DNA from: Ranitomeya imitator | Taxonomy: Eukaryota | Length of the DNA stretch: 64,000 nt | Assembly (NCBI RefSeq): GCF_032444005.1 | Contig: NC_091288.1 | Location: 207,700,001-207,764,000, forward strand | Direction of reading: 5' to 3' | Shown here: piece after piece, positions 11,401 to 44,879 of the stretch | Layout: each line of letters begins with the position of its first letter | How positions within the stretch are numbered: the first letter of the stretch is position 1 | The notes under the pieces: generated by a model | Told to the model about the DNA's origin: nothing | The model's input: the letters and a program-made list of their open reading frames with translations, nothing else | Database searches by the model: none | Program-made: the position numbers and the translations under genes

Positions 11401-14400
11401 TCTGGTGATGTCCATGAGTTCAAGACTTCAGGCAGTCATTGCCAACAAAGGGTTGTTCAACCAAGTACTAAAAATGAATATTTTATTTAAAATTATTGAA
11501 TCTGTCCAATTACTTTTGGTCCTGTTAAAAACAGGGTGGCACATGTTAAGGAGCTGAAACTCCTAAACCCTTCATCCAATTTTAATGTGGATACCCTCAA
11601 ATGAAAGCTGAAAGTCTTAACTTCAACTGCACCGGAATTGTTTTGTTTAAAATTCATTGTGGTAATGTCTATAACCAAAATTAGAAAAATGTTGTCTCTG
11701 TCCAAATATATATGGACCTAACTGTATATTCCAGAGTAGGACAGAGCATTATGTAAAAGTAGTACTGATCTTTATCCAAGAATAAAGAAGAGCCTTACCT
11801 AAAACAGGACCAACTTTATGCTGGAGTAGAAAAGAGACTTATCCATAATTTTGAGTAACTTTATCCAAAAGTAGAAACAAACGTTATCCAAAAGCAGGAC
11901 TAAGCTTTATTCGAGAGTAGAGCCTTTTTGCAAAAGTAGGACTAGGCTGTATTCTGAATTGGAGTTTTATTCACAAGTAGAACTGAGCATTATAAGAGTA
12001 CAGCCTTATAAAAAAATGGGACTAAGATTTAAACGAAAGCAGAGTCATTTTTATTTTCCAAAAGTAGAAGTGAGCTTAATCTTAGAGTAGAAACGAGCAT
12101 TATCCAAAACTTGGAATGAGCTTTATGCTTAAGAAGGAAAGAGCCTTATTCAAAAGAATAAAGAATAAAGCTTTGTGGTAGGGTAGAATGTAGTCGTGTT
12201 AGAGTAGTGAGGTGTCTTATCTAAAAGGACTGAGCATAATCCTAGAGCACCAGATAAGGCCATTTAAAGATATTAGTGTATAATATTTGATGCTTCTATA
12301 AGTAAAAAATGCGTAATAAAAACATGTGTTGCAAAATTAATTTAGAGATTTCTAAACGTGAAGAAGTGGAAGCAGTAACAATCATAGAAACTCCTCCAAT
12401 GGTCGTGGTGGGAATAGTAGGATACGTGGAGACTCCTCGAGGCTTGAGAAGCTTGAAGACCATATTTGCTGAGCACATCAGTGACGAGTGCAGGAGACGC
12501 TTCTACAAGAACTGGTACGTCTTTCAGGGATAGACCTGTAGGAGAACTTGACTATTATTTAATCATTTGTGTTCTATAGGTATAAGAGCAAGAAAAAGGC
12601 CTTTACAAAGTATTGCAAAAAATGGCAAGATGAACAAGGCAAGAAGCAGCTTGAAAAAGACTTTTCCACTATGAAAAAGTACTGCAAGGTTATACGGGTT
12701 ATAGTGCATACTCAGGTAATGAAAGGTCTTGGATGAAGAATAGACTTAAGTTTAAGCTTTTGGTCAAGTAGGTTGAGTTTTTAAAATGAGCACATTTCTC
12801 ATGTCATCTTATCGAAACCGTTGAGCACTGCCGATCAGTAGAGTTGAAGTTGCAACCTCCAATGAATCCATCTACTTGGTCAAAACCACGAGGAGGATCC
12901 AAGCCTCATCACTGCTTTGATTTTAATATCTGAACTCTTTAACCCCTTAGTGACCGAGCCAAATTTTTGAAATCTGACCAGTGTCACTTTATGTGGTAAT
13001 AACTCTGCAACGCTTCAACAAATCCCAGTGATTTTGAGATTGTTTTTTCGTGACACATTCTACTTTATGATAACGGTAAATTTAGTTCAACATTTTTTGT
13101 GTTTATTTATAAAAAAATATCAAAAATTTGAGAAAAATGTTAAAAATTAGCAATTTTCTAAATTTGAATGATTATCCCTTTAATCCAGATAGTCATACCA
13201 CAGCAAACCATTAATAAATAACATTTCCCACATGTCGGCTTTACATCAGGACTATTTGTAAAATGTTATTTTATTTTGTTAGCATTTTAGGAGGTTTAAA
13301 AATGTATCAGCAATTTTTCATTTTTTCAAAGAAATTTACAAAATTTCTTTTTTAGGGACTTATCGATGTTTGAAGTGACTTTAGGGGTCCCATATATTGG
13401 GAAACCCCCAAACGTGATACCATTTTAAAAACAGCACCCCCAGACATATTGAAAACTGCAGTCAGGTAGTTTATTAACCCTTCAGGTGCTTTACAGGAGT
13501 TAATGCAAAGTGGTACGACAGAAATGAAAATGTGTATTTTTACCACCTAGATGCCTCTAACTTCTGAACAGATTACTACAGCCGGCAGACTCTAAGGCCG
13601 CTATTTGGTCATGAATTTCCACGGCAAACATCAGGACAACACAATCATGATCTGAGAGCACCAATTGGGATAAAGAAGAAGCCCACACACTCTGTTAACC
13701 ATTTATAATGATGTAGTCACCATTGACAGCAGCATCTAAGGGGTTAAACAGATTTAGACGGTGCAAATACTGATCGTGGCTGATGCAGCAAGTTGTCAGC
13801 TATAGTGTACAGCCGACAGATGCTGGATTGTCATCTGTATGGGGAGGATATTCTCTTATATGTAAGGTCAGTTAAAAGGCGTATTGGCGGTCATTAAGGG
13901 GTTAAAGTCATTGATCTTCATTTTTGCAGATGAAACTTCTGCCCTTACGGCAAAAGAAGGCCCACGTCATGGAGATCCAGCTTAACGGTGGGACCGTGTC
14001 TGAGAAGGTAGACTGGGCTCATGAGAAACTGGAAAAGCAAATCCCAGTGAACACCGTCTTTGGCCAGGACGAGATGATTGATGTTATCGGTGTCACAAAA
14101 GGAAAGGGAATGAAAGGTGAAAGAATGGGTTCTCTCCTTTCTTCCACCCAAAAAATATGCCTGTTTTATCAACCACTAAAGTAACATTTCTGGTCAATTT
14201 CTGTTGCCAATATTTAATACTATTCCATTCATATTAGGTGTAACCTCGCGTTGGCACACCAAGAAATTACCCCGTAAAACACACAAGGGTTTACGTAAGG
14301 TAGCCTGCATTGGAGCCTGGCACCCTGCTCGTGTGGCTTACACCATTGCCCGAGCTGGGCAAAAAGGCTACAACCATCGTACCGAGATCAACAAGAAGGT

Positions 14401-17335
14401 ACAAGAAATATTTCTGAAGACAAAAGTTGCTGATTAATGATCAGTGGTTTGTCTTTTGAGGGTCAAACCTAAGTTCCTAAGTAACAGACTATTGATTAGT
14501 CATGTTTATGTTTTCAACAAAGATTTATCGTATTGGCAAAGGTATCCATATTCTTGATGGAAAGGTTGTAAAGAACAATGCGTCAACACAGTACGACGTA
14601 ACAGACAAGTCGATTACACCACTGGTAAGTAAATCAGTAAGAAGAACTCCCCAATGTGATGTAAAAAGAAAACCCTCCAAGTCCTTGAGTGGAGGAGACA
14701 GTCAATGTGGTCACAGTTAAAGCTCCACCAGAAGTGTAGCTTGCAGCTCCTACCAATGCAAAATTTGTACCTGGTCCCCCCAAAGAAATATGTAAAATTA
14801 ATAGCGACCTTTATGGTCATTGAGACACTAGTGCAAACCCTACCCTACTGGTTGTCACCCGCTATGTCTTAGTAAATTGCTAGACACTTTTGGTGTTTAG
14901 GAGTCTAATGGTGCATAACGTCACTGAAAGTGGTAATTTGGCAGCATCCAATTACACCCCCCCCACATCTAATGCCAAGTGATGCCTTTTAAATATCACA
15001 ATTTTTTGTTCACCAGGGCGGCTTTCCTCATTACGGTCCGGTAAACAACGACTACATCATGGTTAAGGGCTGTGTTGTAGGAAGCAAGAAGCGTGTCCTC
15101 ACCCTCAGGAAGGTAAGTGAATGATCGAGAGTGGTGCAAAAAGGAACAGTGGTTTGCAGTGGTGAACATATATGATCATTAGCGATCAGATCAAATACGA
15201 AGAGCATTGATATGGACAATCACTACTAAACAGCCATATAAGAAGATCGTTGCTATAACTGTTAATTAACAATCAGGCTAAATAGGAATATCACTGATGG
15301 AGATGATCATTAGCGATGAGACCATATATACGAAGATTGATGATGTTGCTATTCATTAGAGTCAGACTAAATTTGAAGATCGTCAATATAGACGATCATT
15401 GGCTATCTTACTATATTCGAAGATCCTTAATGTAGACGATCGTTAGCCATTGGACCAAATTTAAAGATCATTGATATAGACGATCATTGGCTATCTTACT
15501 ATATTCGAAGATCCTTGATGTAGACGATCGTTAGCCATTGGACCAAATTTAAAGATCATTGATATAGACGATCATTGGCGATCACACCATATCTGAAGAT
15601 TGTCAATATAGATGATCATTAGAGATCAGACCATAAACGATGATTGTTGATATAATCATTGGCGACCAGATCATATACAAAGATTGTTAATATAGATGAT
15701 CTTTAACAACCAGACCAAATTTGAAGATAGTTAATGTAGATAATCAGAACGAATTTGAAGATCATTGATTTATATGATCACCAGTGATTAGACCATATAT
15801 GAAGATCGCTGATATAGATGATCATTAGCAATCAGACTAAATTTGAAGATCATTGATATGATCATTAGCGATCAACTTATATTCGAAGATCGTTGATACA
15901 GATGATCATTAGAGATCAGAACATATATGATGACTGTTGATATAGATGATCGTTAGCAATCAGACCAAATTTGAGGATCGTCTATATAGATGATCATTGG
16001 CGATCATACCATATGCGAAGACTATTGATGTAGACGATTATTAGTGATCAGACCAAATTTGAAGATCATTGATATAGATGATCGTTAGAGATTAGACCAT
16101 ATACGAAGGTCATTGATATAGATGATCTTTAGAGATCAGACCATATACGAAGATTGTTGATGTAGATGATCATTAGCAATCAGACCAAATTTGACGATCG
16201 TTGATATAGTTGATCGTTAGCAATCAGACCAAATTCGAGGATCGTCTATATAGATGATCATTGGCGATCATAAAATATACGAACATTGTTGATGTAGACG
16301 ATCATTAGTGATCAAACCAAATTTGAAGATCATTGATATAGAATATTATATTATAGATGATCGTTAGAGATTAGACCAAATACGAAGGTCGTTGATATAG
16401 ATGATCGTTAGCGATCAGACCATATTGAAAGATCATCGATTGTTGAGATGATCTTCAGCAACCAGACCATATTCGAAGAATCCTAATAGTAATAATTGTA
16501 ATAAAATTATCCTTTTGACTTATTGAAATGTGTTTTATTGGTTGGAACATGTAAGGATCACATTACATATATTTCAGTTTATGCTTCTTTAATTATCAAA
16601 TAGTCCAGATAATGAAAACCGAAGCATGTCTTTATGTCTATATCTGGCTTCAGACAGGTTTTGAAGAAAAAAAGCAGCTACTGATTGCTGTAGAAAACAG
16701 AAGATATTGTGCATTAAACAACACCCTTACAATATCCTCAATGCCAGGTTGAGCTGGGTAGATGCCTTTGTAAACAGCAGGGTTGGTAATTTGACCTATG
16801 AAGTCAGCCATGTTGTGACTTCATTGAGCTTTTGTCAGGCAGAAAGTCCACTTGCCCAATACATAGCCAAAAAATAATCACTACTGAGAATTATGTCAAT
16901 ATTTCAGCGGGTATTTTCCTCTCACAGTCTCTGTTGGTCCACACAAGTCGTCGCGCCCTGGAGTCCATCGATCTGAAATTCATCGACACCACATCAAAGT
17001 TTGGCCATGGATGCTTCCAGACAGACCAGGAGAAGAGAGCTTTCATGGTAGGTTTATAGAGCTTTAGCCACCAAAAACGCTTTTCAGCTAGACAGATCTA
17101 ATCAATGGGAGTCTGACAACGGATCCCGAGAACATAAATCCTCGTCATGTTTCCCAGTGGAGAAAGAATCGGCAACTTTCCATAGGAGATATGAAAATAG
17201 TCAGACGCACTCATTGGTGGGAAACCCTACAGTATAGGCTTGTATTTTGACAAATGGCTTCTGTGTCGCCCCCTACAGGGACCCCAGAAGAAGCATCTGA
17301 TAAAAGACAAAGAGGAACCAGCAGAGGAGCTGTAG
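8262..17335 (+). CDS. RPL3L: Ribosomal protein L3-like (uL3 paralog), coding exons 2-10; 407 aa once an ATG-only exon 1 is added
   Basis: Exons 8262-8454, 12346-12514, 12580-12715, 13930-14116, 14238-14398, 14523-14624, 15017-15112, 16928-17047, 17279-17335; all GT-AG and in phase. The C-terminus [10 protein letters not shown] and the position next to NDUFB10 indicate RPL3L, not RPL3. Confidence 0.95.
9121..9985 (+). mobile_element. 5'-truncated CR1-type LINE, C-terminal end of ORF2 plus 3' UTR
   Basis: [27 protein letters not shown]...[19 protein letters not shown]...[11 protein letters not shown] is typical of CR1 ORF2. One in-frame TAA at 9572-9574, then [18 protein letters not shown] in the same frame. 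Confidence 0.9.
10078..11724 (+). mobile_element. Tc1/mariner element with defective transposase
   Basis: About 230-bp TIRs starting CAGTTAGGTCCATATATATTTGGACA; TA on both flanks; transposase fragments ([11 protein letters not shown]...SPDLNPIE); TAG at 10880-10882 in place of the W of LWTDE, plus frameshifts. Confidence 0.95.
12346..12514 (+). CDS. RPL3L: RPL3L exon 3
   Basis: [17 protein letters not shown]...RRFYKNW; tttag acceptor, GTACGT donor. Confidence 0.95.
12580..12715 (+). CDS. RPL3L: RPL3L exon 4
   Basis: [17 protein letters not shown]...IRVIVHTQ; ctatag acceptor, GTAAT donor. Confidence 0.95.
12943..13901. mobile_element. Non-autonomous piggyBac-like (TTAA) element
   Basis: ttaa|CCCCTTAGTGACC ... 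GGTCATTAAGGGG|ttaa termini. Confidence 0.75.
13930..14116 (+). CDS. RPL3L: RPL3L exon 5
   Basis: [21 protein letters not shown]...TKGKGMK; tttgcag acceptor, GTGAAA donor. Confidence 0.95.
14238..14398 (+). CDS. RPL3L: RPL3L exon 6
   Basis: [29 protein letters not shown]...EINKK. Confidence 0.95.
14523..14624 (+). CDS. RPL3L: RPL3L exon 7
   Basis: IYRIGKG...DKSITPL; GTAAGT donor. Confidence 0.95.
15017..15112 (+). CDS. RPL3L: RPL3L exon 8
   Basis: [32 protein letters not shown]; caccag acceptor, GTAAGT donor. Confidence 0.95.
15120..16480. repeat. Degenerate about 38/76-bp GATC-rich tandem repeat in RPL3L intron 8
   Basis: Recurrent gatgatcattagcgatcagaccatatacgaagatcgttgatatag units. Confidence 0.85.
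16928..17047 (+). CDS. RPL3L: RPL3L exon 9
   Basis: [40 protein letters not shown]; cacag acceptor, GTAGGT donor. Confidence 0.95.
17279..17335 (+). CDS. RPL3L: RPL3L exon 10 (with TAG stop)
   Basis: ctacag acceptor; [18 protein letters not shown]. Confidence 0.93.
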   Translation, partial: GPQKKHLIKDKEEPAEEL

Positions 17336-17374
17336 GCTTTGTGCCACTGAATGTTTCTTTAGTCAAGGAATGGA

Positions 17375-17380
17375 AATAAA
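17375..17380 (+). terminator. RPL3L polyadenylation signal AATAAA
   Basis: Canonical hexamer 40 nt after the stop codon. Confidence 0.65.
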
Positions 17381-17566
17381 AATGGCCTGATGAGGTCATC
17401 ACCCTCATATTGTTCTTTTCTCCACCCTGAGCCTAAGCTTTAAAGAGGGGCAAATCCTTTAGCGGTGGCATCAGACAGGGGGTCCTTATACACATTATAA
17501 GGTCAGTGAGTCCTGACAAAATTGTCGAGTTCTGATTAATTTAATCTAATGTGCATAGGGGCTTTA

Positions 17567-19000
17567 AGGGGGACTTTTCACCAAGTTAAAAGTGGACAGT
17601 TTTTGCTCTTATTTTATTCCCGCTTCTCCCCTTAGACTTCGTTTGTTTTTTAAAAATCCGCCAATTGGTTCTAGAGCAGACCTGGGCAAGATGCGGCCCG
17701 CGGGCCACATCCGGGCCGCCTGATGATTTTAAACGGCCCGCCAGCTGTCACTTCTGACAGCCACCCCCGGCACCGCTCGCCCAGCCGCCAGCCGCTTCTG
17801 AGGAGGACCGCTGGCGGCTGGAGTGAAGGCCCCGAGCTCATACGCATCGGCCCTGTACGTCACGTGCAATGTGAGCAGCAGAGCCGGGTTGATCACCTGT
17901 TTATCAGTGGCGGCGGCAATCTTCCCAAGGCCGCGCGTGCGCAGATGGAGTGCTCTGCTTCACAGGGCTTCAGGAAAATGGCCACGGGAGGCCGCTCGTG
18001 CGCAGATGGAGATCGCGGCGGCCATTTTCCTGAAGCCGAGATCTAAATCTGCAAACTCGGCTTCAGGAAAATGGCCACGGGAGGCCGCACGTGCGCAGAT
18101 GGAGATCGCGGCGGCCATTTTCCTGAAGCCGAGTTTGCAGATTTAGATCTCGGCTTCAGGAAAATGGCCACCGCGATCTCCATCTGCGCACGCGCGGCCT
18201 CCCGTGGCCATTTTCCTGAAGCCCCATGAAGCAGAGCACTCCATCTGCGCACGCGCGGCCTCGTGAAGATGGCCGCCGCCACCAATATTCAAACCGGCTC
18301 TGCTGCTCACATGGCATTCTGGGCCGCTGCATTACCTCGCCGGTGGAAGGGACCCTGCGCACGCCATACCGCTTCTCTGCCGTCGCCACACCACTGCTGC
18401 AACCCCCCCATGGACACCAGGCCGTGGCGTCGCCCACCTAAGCAGGAAGGGATCCTGCTCAGGTGCACGCCACACTGCATCACCCCACCTCTGCCGACAC
18501 CATGCCTCCTGTGACCCTGCTCTGCCACCGCCAGCCCTCAGGTAAGATACTGTAAATTCGGACAATAAAAGGGACCCCCATCTTATAAAAAAAAAATTTT
18601 ATGCAATTTTCACCCCAAATGTGGGGTGTGTCTTATAGTCTGAAAAATACGGTAATTATATTAGTCCGGACCTCTAAAACCATCCCAATTTCTCATGCGG
18701 CCCCATGGCAAAATTAATTGCCCACCCCTGTTCTAGAGATATGAGCCTTTTTAATTAGGGCTAGTTTTTATAGCCTTTATGAAGGGGCGTGTCTCACAGC
18801 AGCCTAAAGACACGCCCCAGAGGTTCCTATGAGCCACACCCCCTTGAAAGACCATAAAACTTTGCGCTAAAAGGCTCATATTTATGGAACCGTATGGCAG
18901 ATTTTAAAAATGTAAAAAAAACAAAACAGAAAACTCAGGGTAGCAGTGGAAATAGACTAAGAGCAAAAACTGGCCACTTGAATTAGTCACACGTCCTCTT
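17567..19000. mobile_element. Palindromic T2-like MITE (host of the hAT insertion)
   Basis: The left arm (ttttgctcttattttattccc...aaaaatccgccaattgg|ttctagagatatgagcc) is the diverged inverse of 18870-19000 (ggctcatatttatggaaccgtatggcagatttt...taagagcaaaaac). Confidence 0.6.
17677..18730. mobile_element. Non-autonomous hAT element with a large internal hairpin
   Basis: Termini CAGACCTGGGCAA / TTGCCCACCCCTG; exact 8-bp TSD ttctagag at 17669-17676 and 18731-18738; inverted arms about 17906-18078 and 18106-18283. Confidence 0.85.
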
Positions 19001-19165
19001 TACATGGTCCATCATGGCTACCCAGAAGGGAACCATTTTGATTTTTATGTTACCTTCCTTAATCTGGACCCCCAAAACGATGCAGCTGAGTTTTGAAAAC
19101 TGAATACATCCATCCCGACCCCTCAGAGACATAAATAACAACTCGCCCACACTTGTTTAATGGTG

Positions 19166-19271
19166 TTTATTCCAAAGTGCCAAGAAATATCCACAGCGAG
19201 ATGGAATCCATGATGGAATAACACACGACATGGAAAAATTCACTTCACTGGAGAAAAAATGATATTTTATT
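19166..19271 (-). terminator. Candidate TEX2-like polyadenylation signals (AATAAA at 19266-19271 and 19166-19171)
   Basis: tttatt hexamers on + about 650-750 nt past the stop codon; which one is used is unknown. Confidence 0.35.
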
Positions 19272-19918
19272 GCTTGTGCTCCCTACTAGTCACAGTTCCA
19301 AAATCAAGCTAATCTTGAGGGATTTCCGAAACGCGCTCAGGAGGAGGTAGCCATTCCTGTGGGATCCAGACATAGACATCCATGACCCTAATTACGGGAA
19401 TACTTTATAGAGCCGCAACAACATTGCCCAATATTAGGAAGAATTGACGTAAATTACGGGAACTTTCCGGAAATCTCTAACACAATGTTCTAGAAAGAGA
19501 CCCTATGAAATATATCTACTAACACTGCCAAAGGGGGTCATGCTCCCTATAGAATGCTGTTATATGCTATACCAGGGACTTTTAGGGGTAACAGTAACCC
19601 CGAATAACCCTCCCTTCTACTAACCCGAGCAGAAAGGCTTTCTATTTAGAAGACTGCGATAGACCATTAAAATAGGACCTGTCGTGGACACACAAAGTCC
19701 AATCCATCACCATAGCGTTGCCTATGAAGAAGGCCGAGAGTCAACTCTCCACCGTATCTGCAGATCATACATGTCTTCCGTGGAAGGATCTTCTTCTGGT
19801 GAACTGGACCCATTTTCTCCCATGAACAGATGAGGCCTACAGTAGGTCATGCATTTGACTTCTGTCCAGTTATTACTATTTGACTGTAGGACCATGCAGG
19901 GTCTTGTATCCTATGTAT

Positions 19919-43484
<23,566 letters not shown>

Positions 43485-44879
43485 TCTTCAGAGCATGGCA
43501 GTTCTATCTGGAACAGAATGGGAAACAAGTGTAAAATGGGGGGAAAAACCCCCCATACAAACCTCCAAACTATTATCGGAATGGAATTGAGGACCAAGTA
43601 ATTATCTTTAAACTCCAAATGCGATTGTCTTCTACTGGATCCCTGAGACCATTATTGGGTCCATCATAAAATCTTCTTTTGGGCCACTCCAAATGCAAGT
43701 CAAACTATTACAATTGGCTACTCCTTTTATATCAGCCCTCTCGGCATCACGTAGATTATCAGAAAGTTAAAGGGTCTTTCTCTACTTCTATCTTTAGGAG
43801 TGCACCGTTCCTGTGTCTCCTGGCTTCCCGGTTGCTGGGGTGGGAGTGCGGAGAACGATTCTCAGTTCAGACCAGAGGCATGGCCCAAACTGCGCTCTCT
43901 CAGACGCAGCTAGTAGGGACTGCTCTACCTCCTGGGAATCAGAGGAGGGCAGCAACACTAACTGACCAGACCAAGCAATCTGATCTGCTTCAGAGCTGCG
44001 CTTGCAAGCTTTATAGCAAAGAGCTTGTAAGCGCTGCTCTCTGTGCTTCGTAAATGGCCACCTCTGATAATCCGCAATGATCAGTAAGCTATAGAATAAA
44101 AAAAATCCTTCCATTCCTGAGAACAGGAGAGATTGTTAATAAGAGGTAAAATTACAAAGTTGCTTGCTTCTCCAAACACTTTGCAATTTTGCTCATTTCG
44201 GAAGCTGACAACCCCTTCAAGGTGGCTGCTCCTTCCTTTAATGTAAATGGCTCTATTGCAATATGACATAATTGTTTTGCATAATATGTTATAACAAAAA
44301 AGAATAAGTGTGCAATTGATGTAAAAAAAACCCAACCATTTTCAATCTGGCCGCGGTTGTGTCGGCCATTGTGTTTCCAGCGCTTAGCAGATCAGCGTGG
44401 ATGGGGCTGAAGCGTGATTGACAGTTCTATGTTCACTAATGACCCAGCTCCGTGGTCATCTTCGTGCTGTCTATGAAATGTTACTAGAGCCCAGGAATCT
44501 TTGTGCACTATGTACGCATAGGCATCTAGCCAATATAAACGTTCACTAGAATTATTCTTAGTATATAAGCACAATACTGTTTTGCTCTTTCTGCTGACAA
44601 GTTTCCACACAGCACAGGATCCCGCTGGCTTCTCCCGAATCCTGACTCCATTCCTAATTCCCTTTAAAGTTCTTTTCCTCTGATCTATCAGTCGGCAGGT
44701 TACAGTAAGTGACAATCTCTGTATTAAGGTTGATGTCAGGACTTAAGTCTGGGACTCCCTGGGAATTTCACACAGATCCTTTGTTGTCAACAGGATTAAA
44801 TACTGCCTGAATGCTGGAGATGCTTCTACTAATGCCTGTAATGTGACCAGTCCCCTACAAAGATGAGATATTGCCTGCC

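Larger units (their letters stand above)
8500..12240. repeat. Degenerate ttatccaaaagtaggactgagc-type tandem repeat in RPL3L intron 2, split by a LINE and a Tc1 insertion
   Basis: The same motif recurs at about 8500-9120, 9985-10075 and 11727-12240. Confidence 0.7.

Noticed and set aside
14425-14505. Possible box C/D snoRNA in RPL3L intron 6 (short terminal stem, ATGATCA ... TTGA)
   Set aside because: Both boxes deviate from RTGATGA and CTGA, and I recognise no similarity to the snoRNAs hosted by RPL3.
8262-17335. Calling the ribosomal gene RPL3
   Set aside because: The N-terminal HGHLGFLP, the C-terminal GPQKKHL, the 407-aa length and the NDUFB10/MSRB1 synteny all fit RPL3L.
43488-43490. 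In-frame TGA as a selenocysteine codon
   Set aside because: TEX2 proteins are not known selenoproteins and I identified no SECIS; a uORF is the simpler reading.
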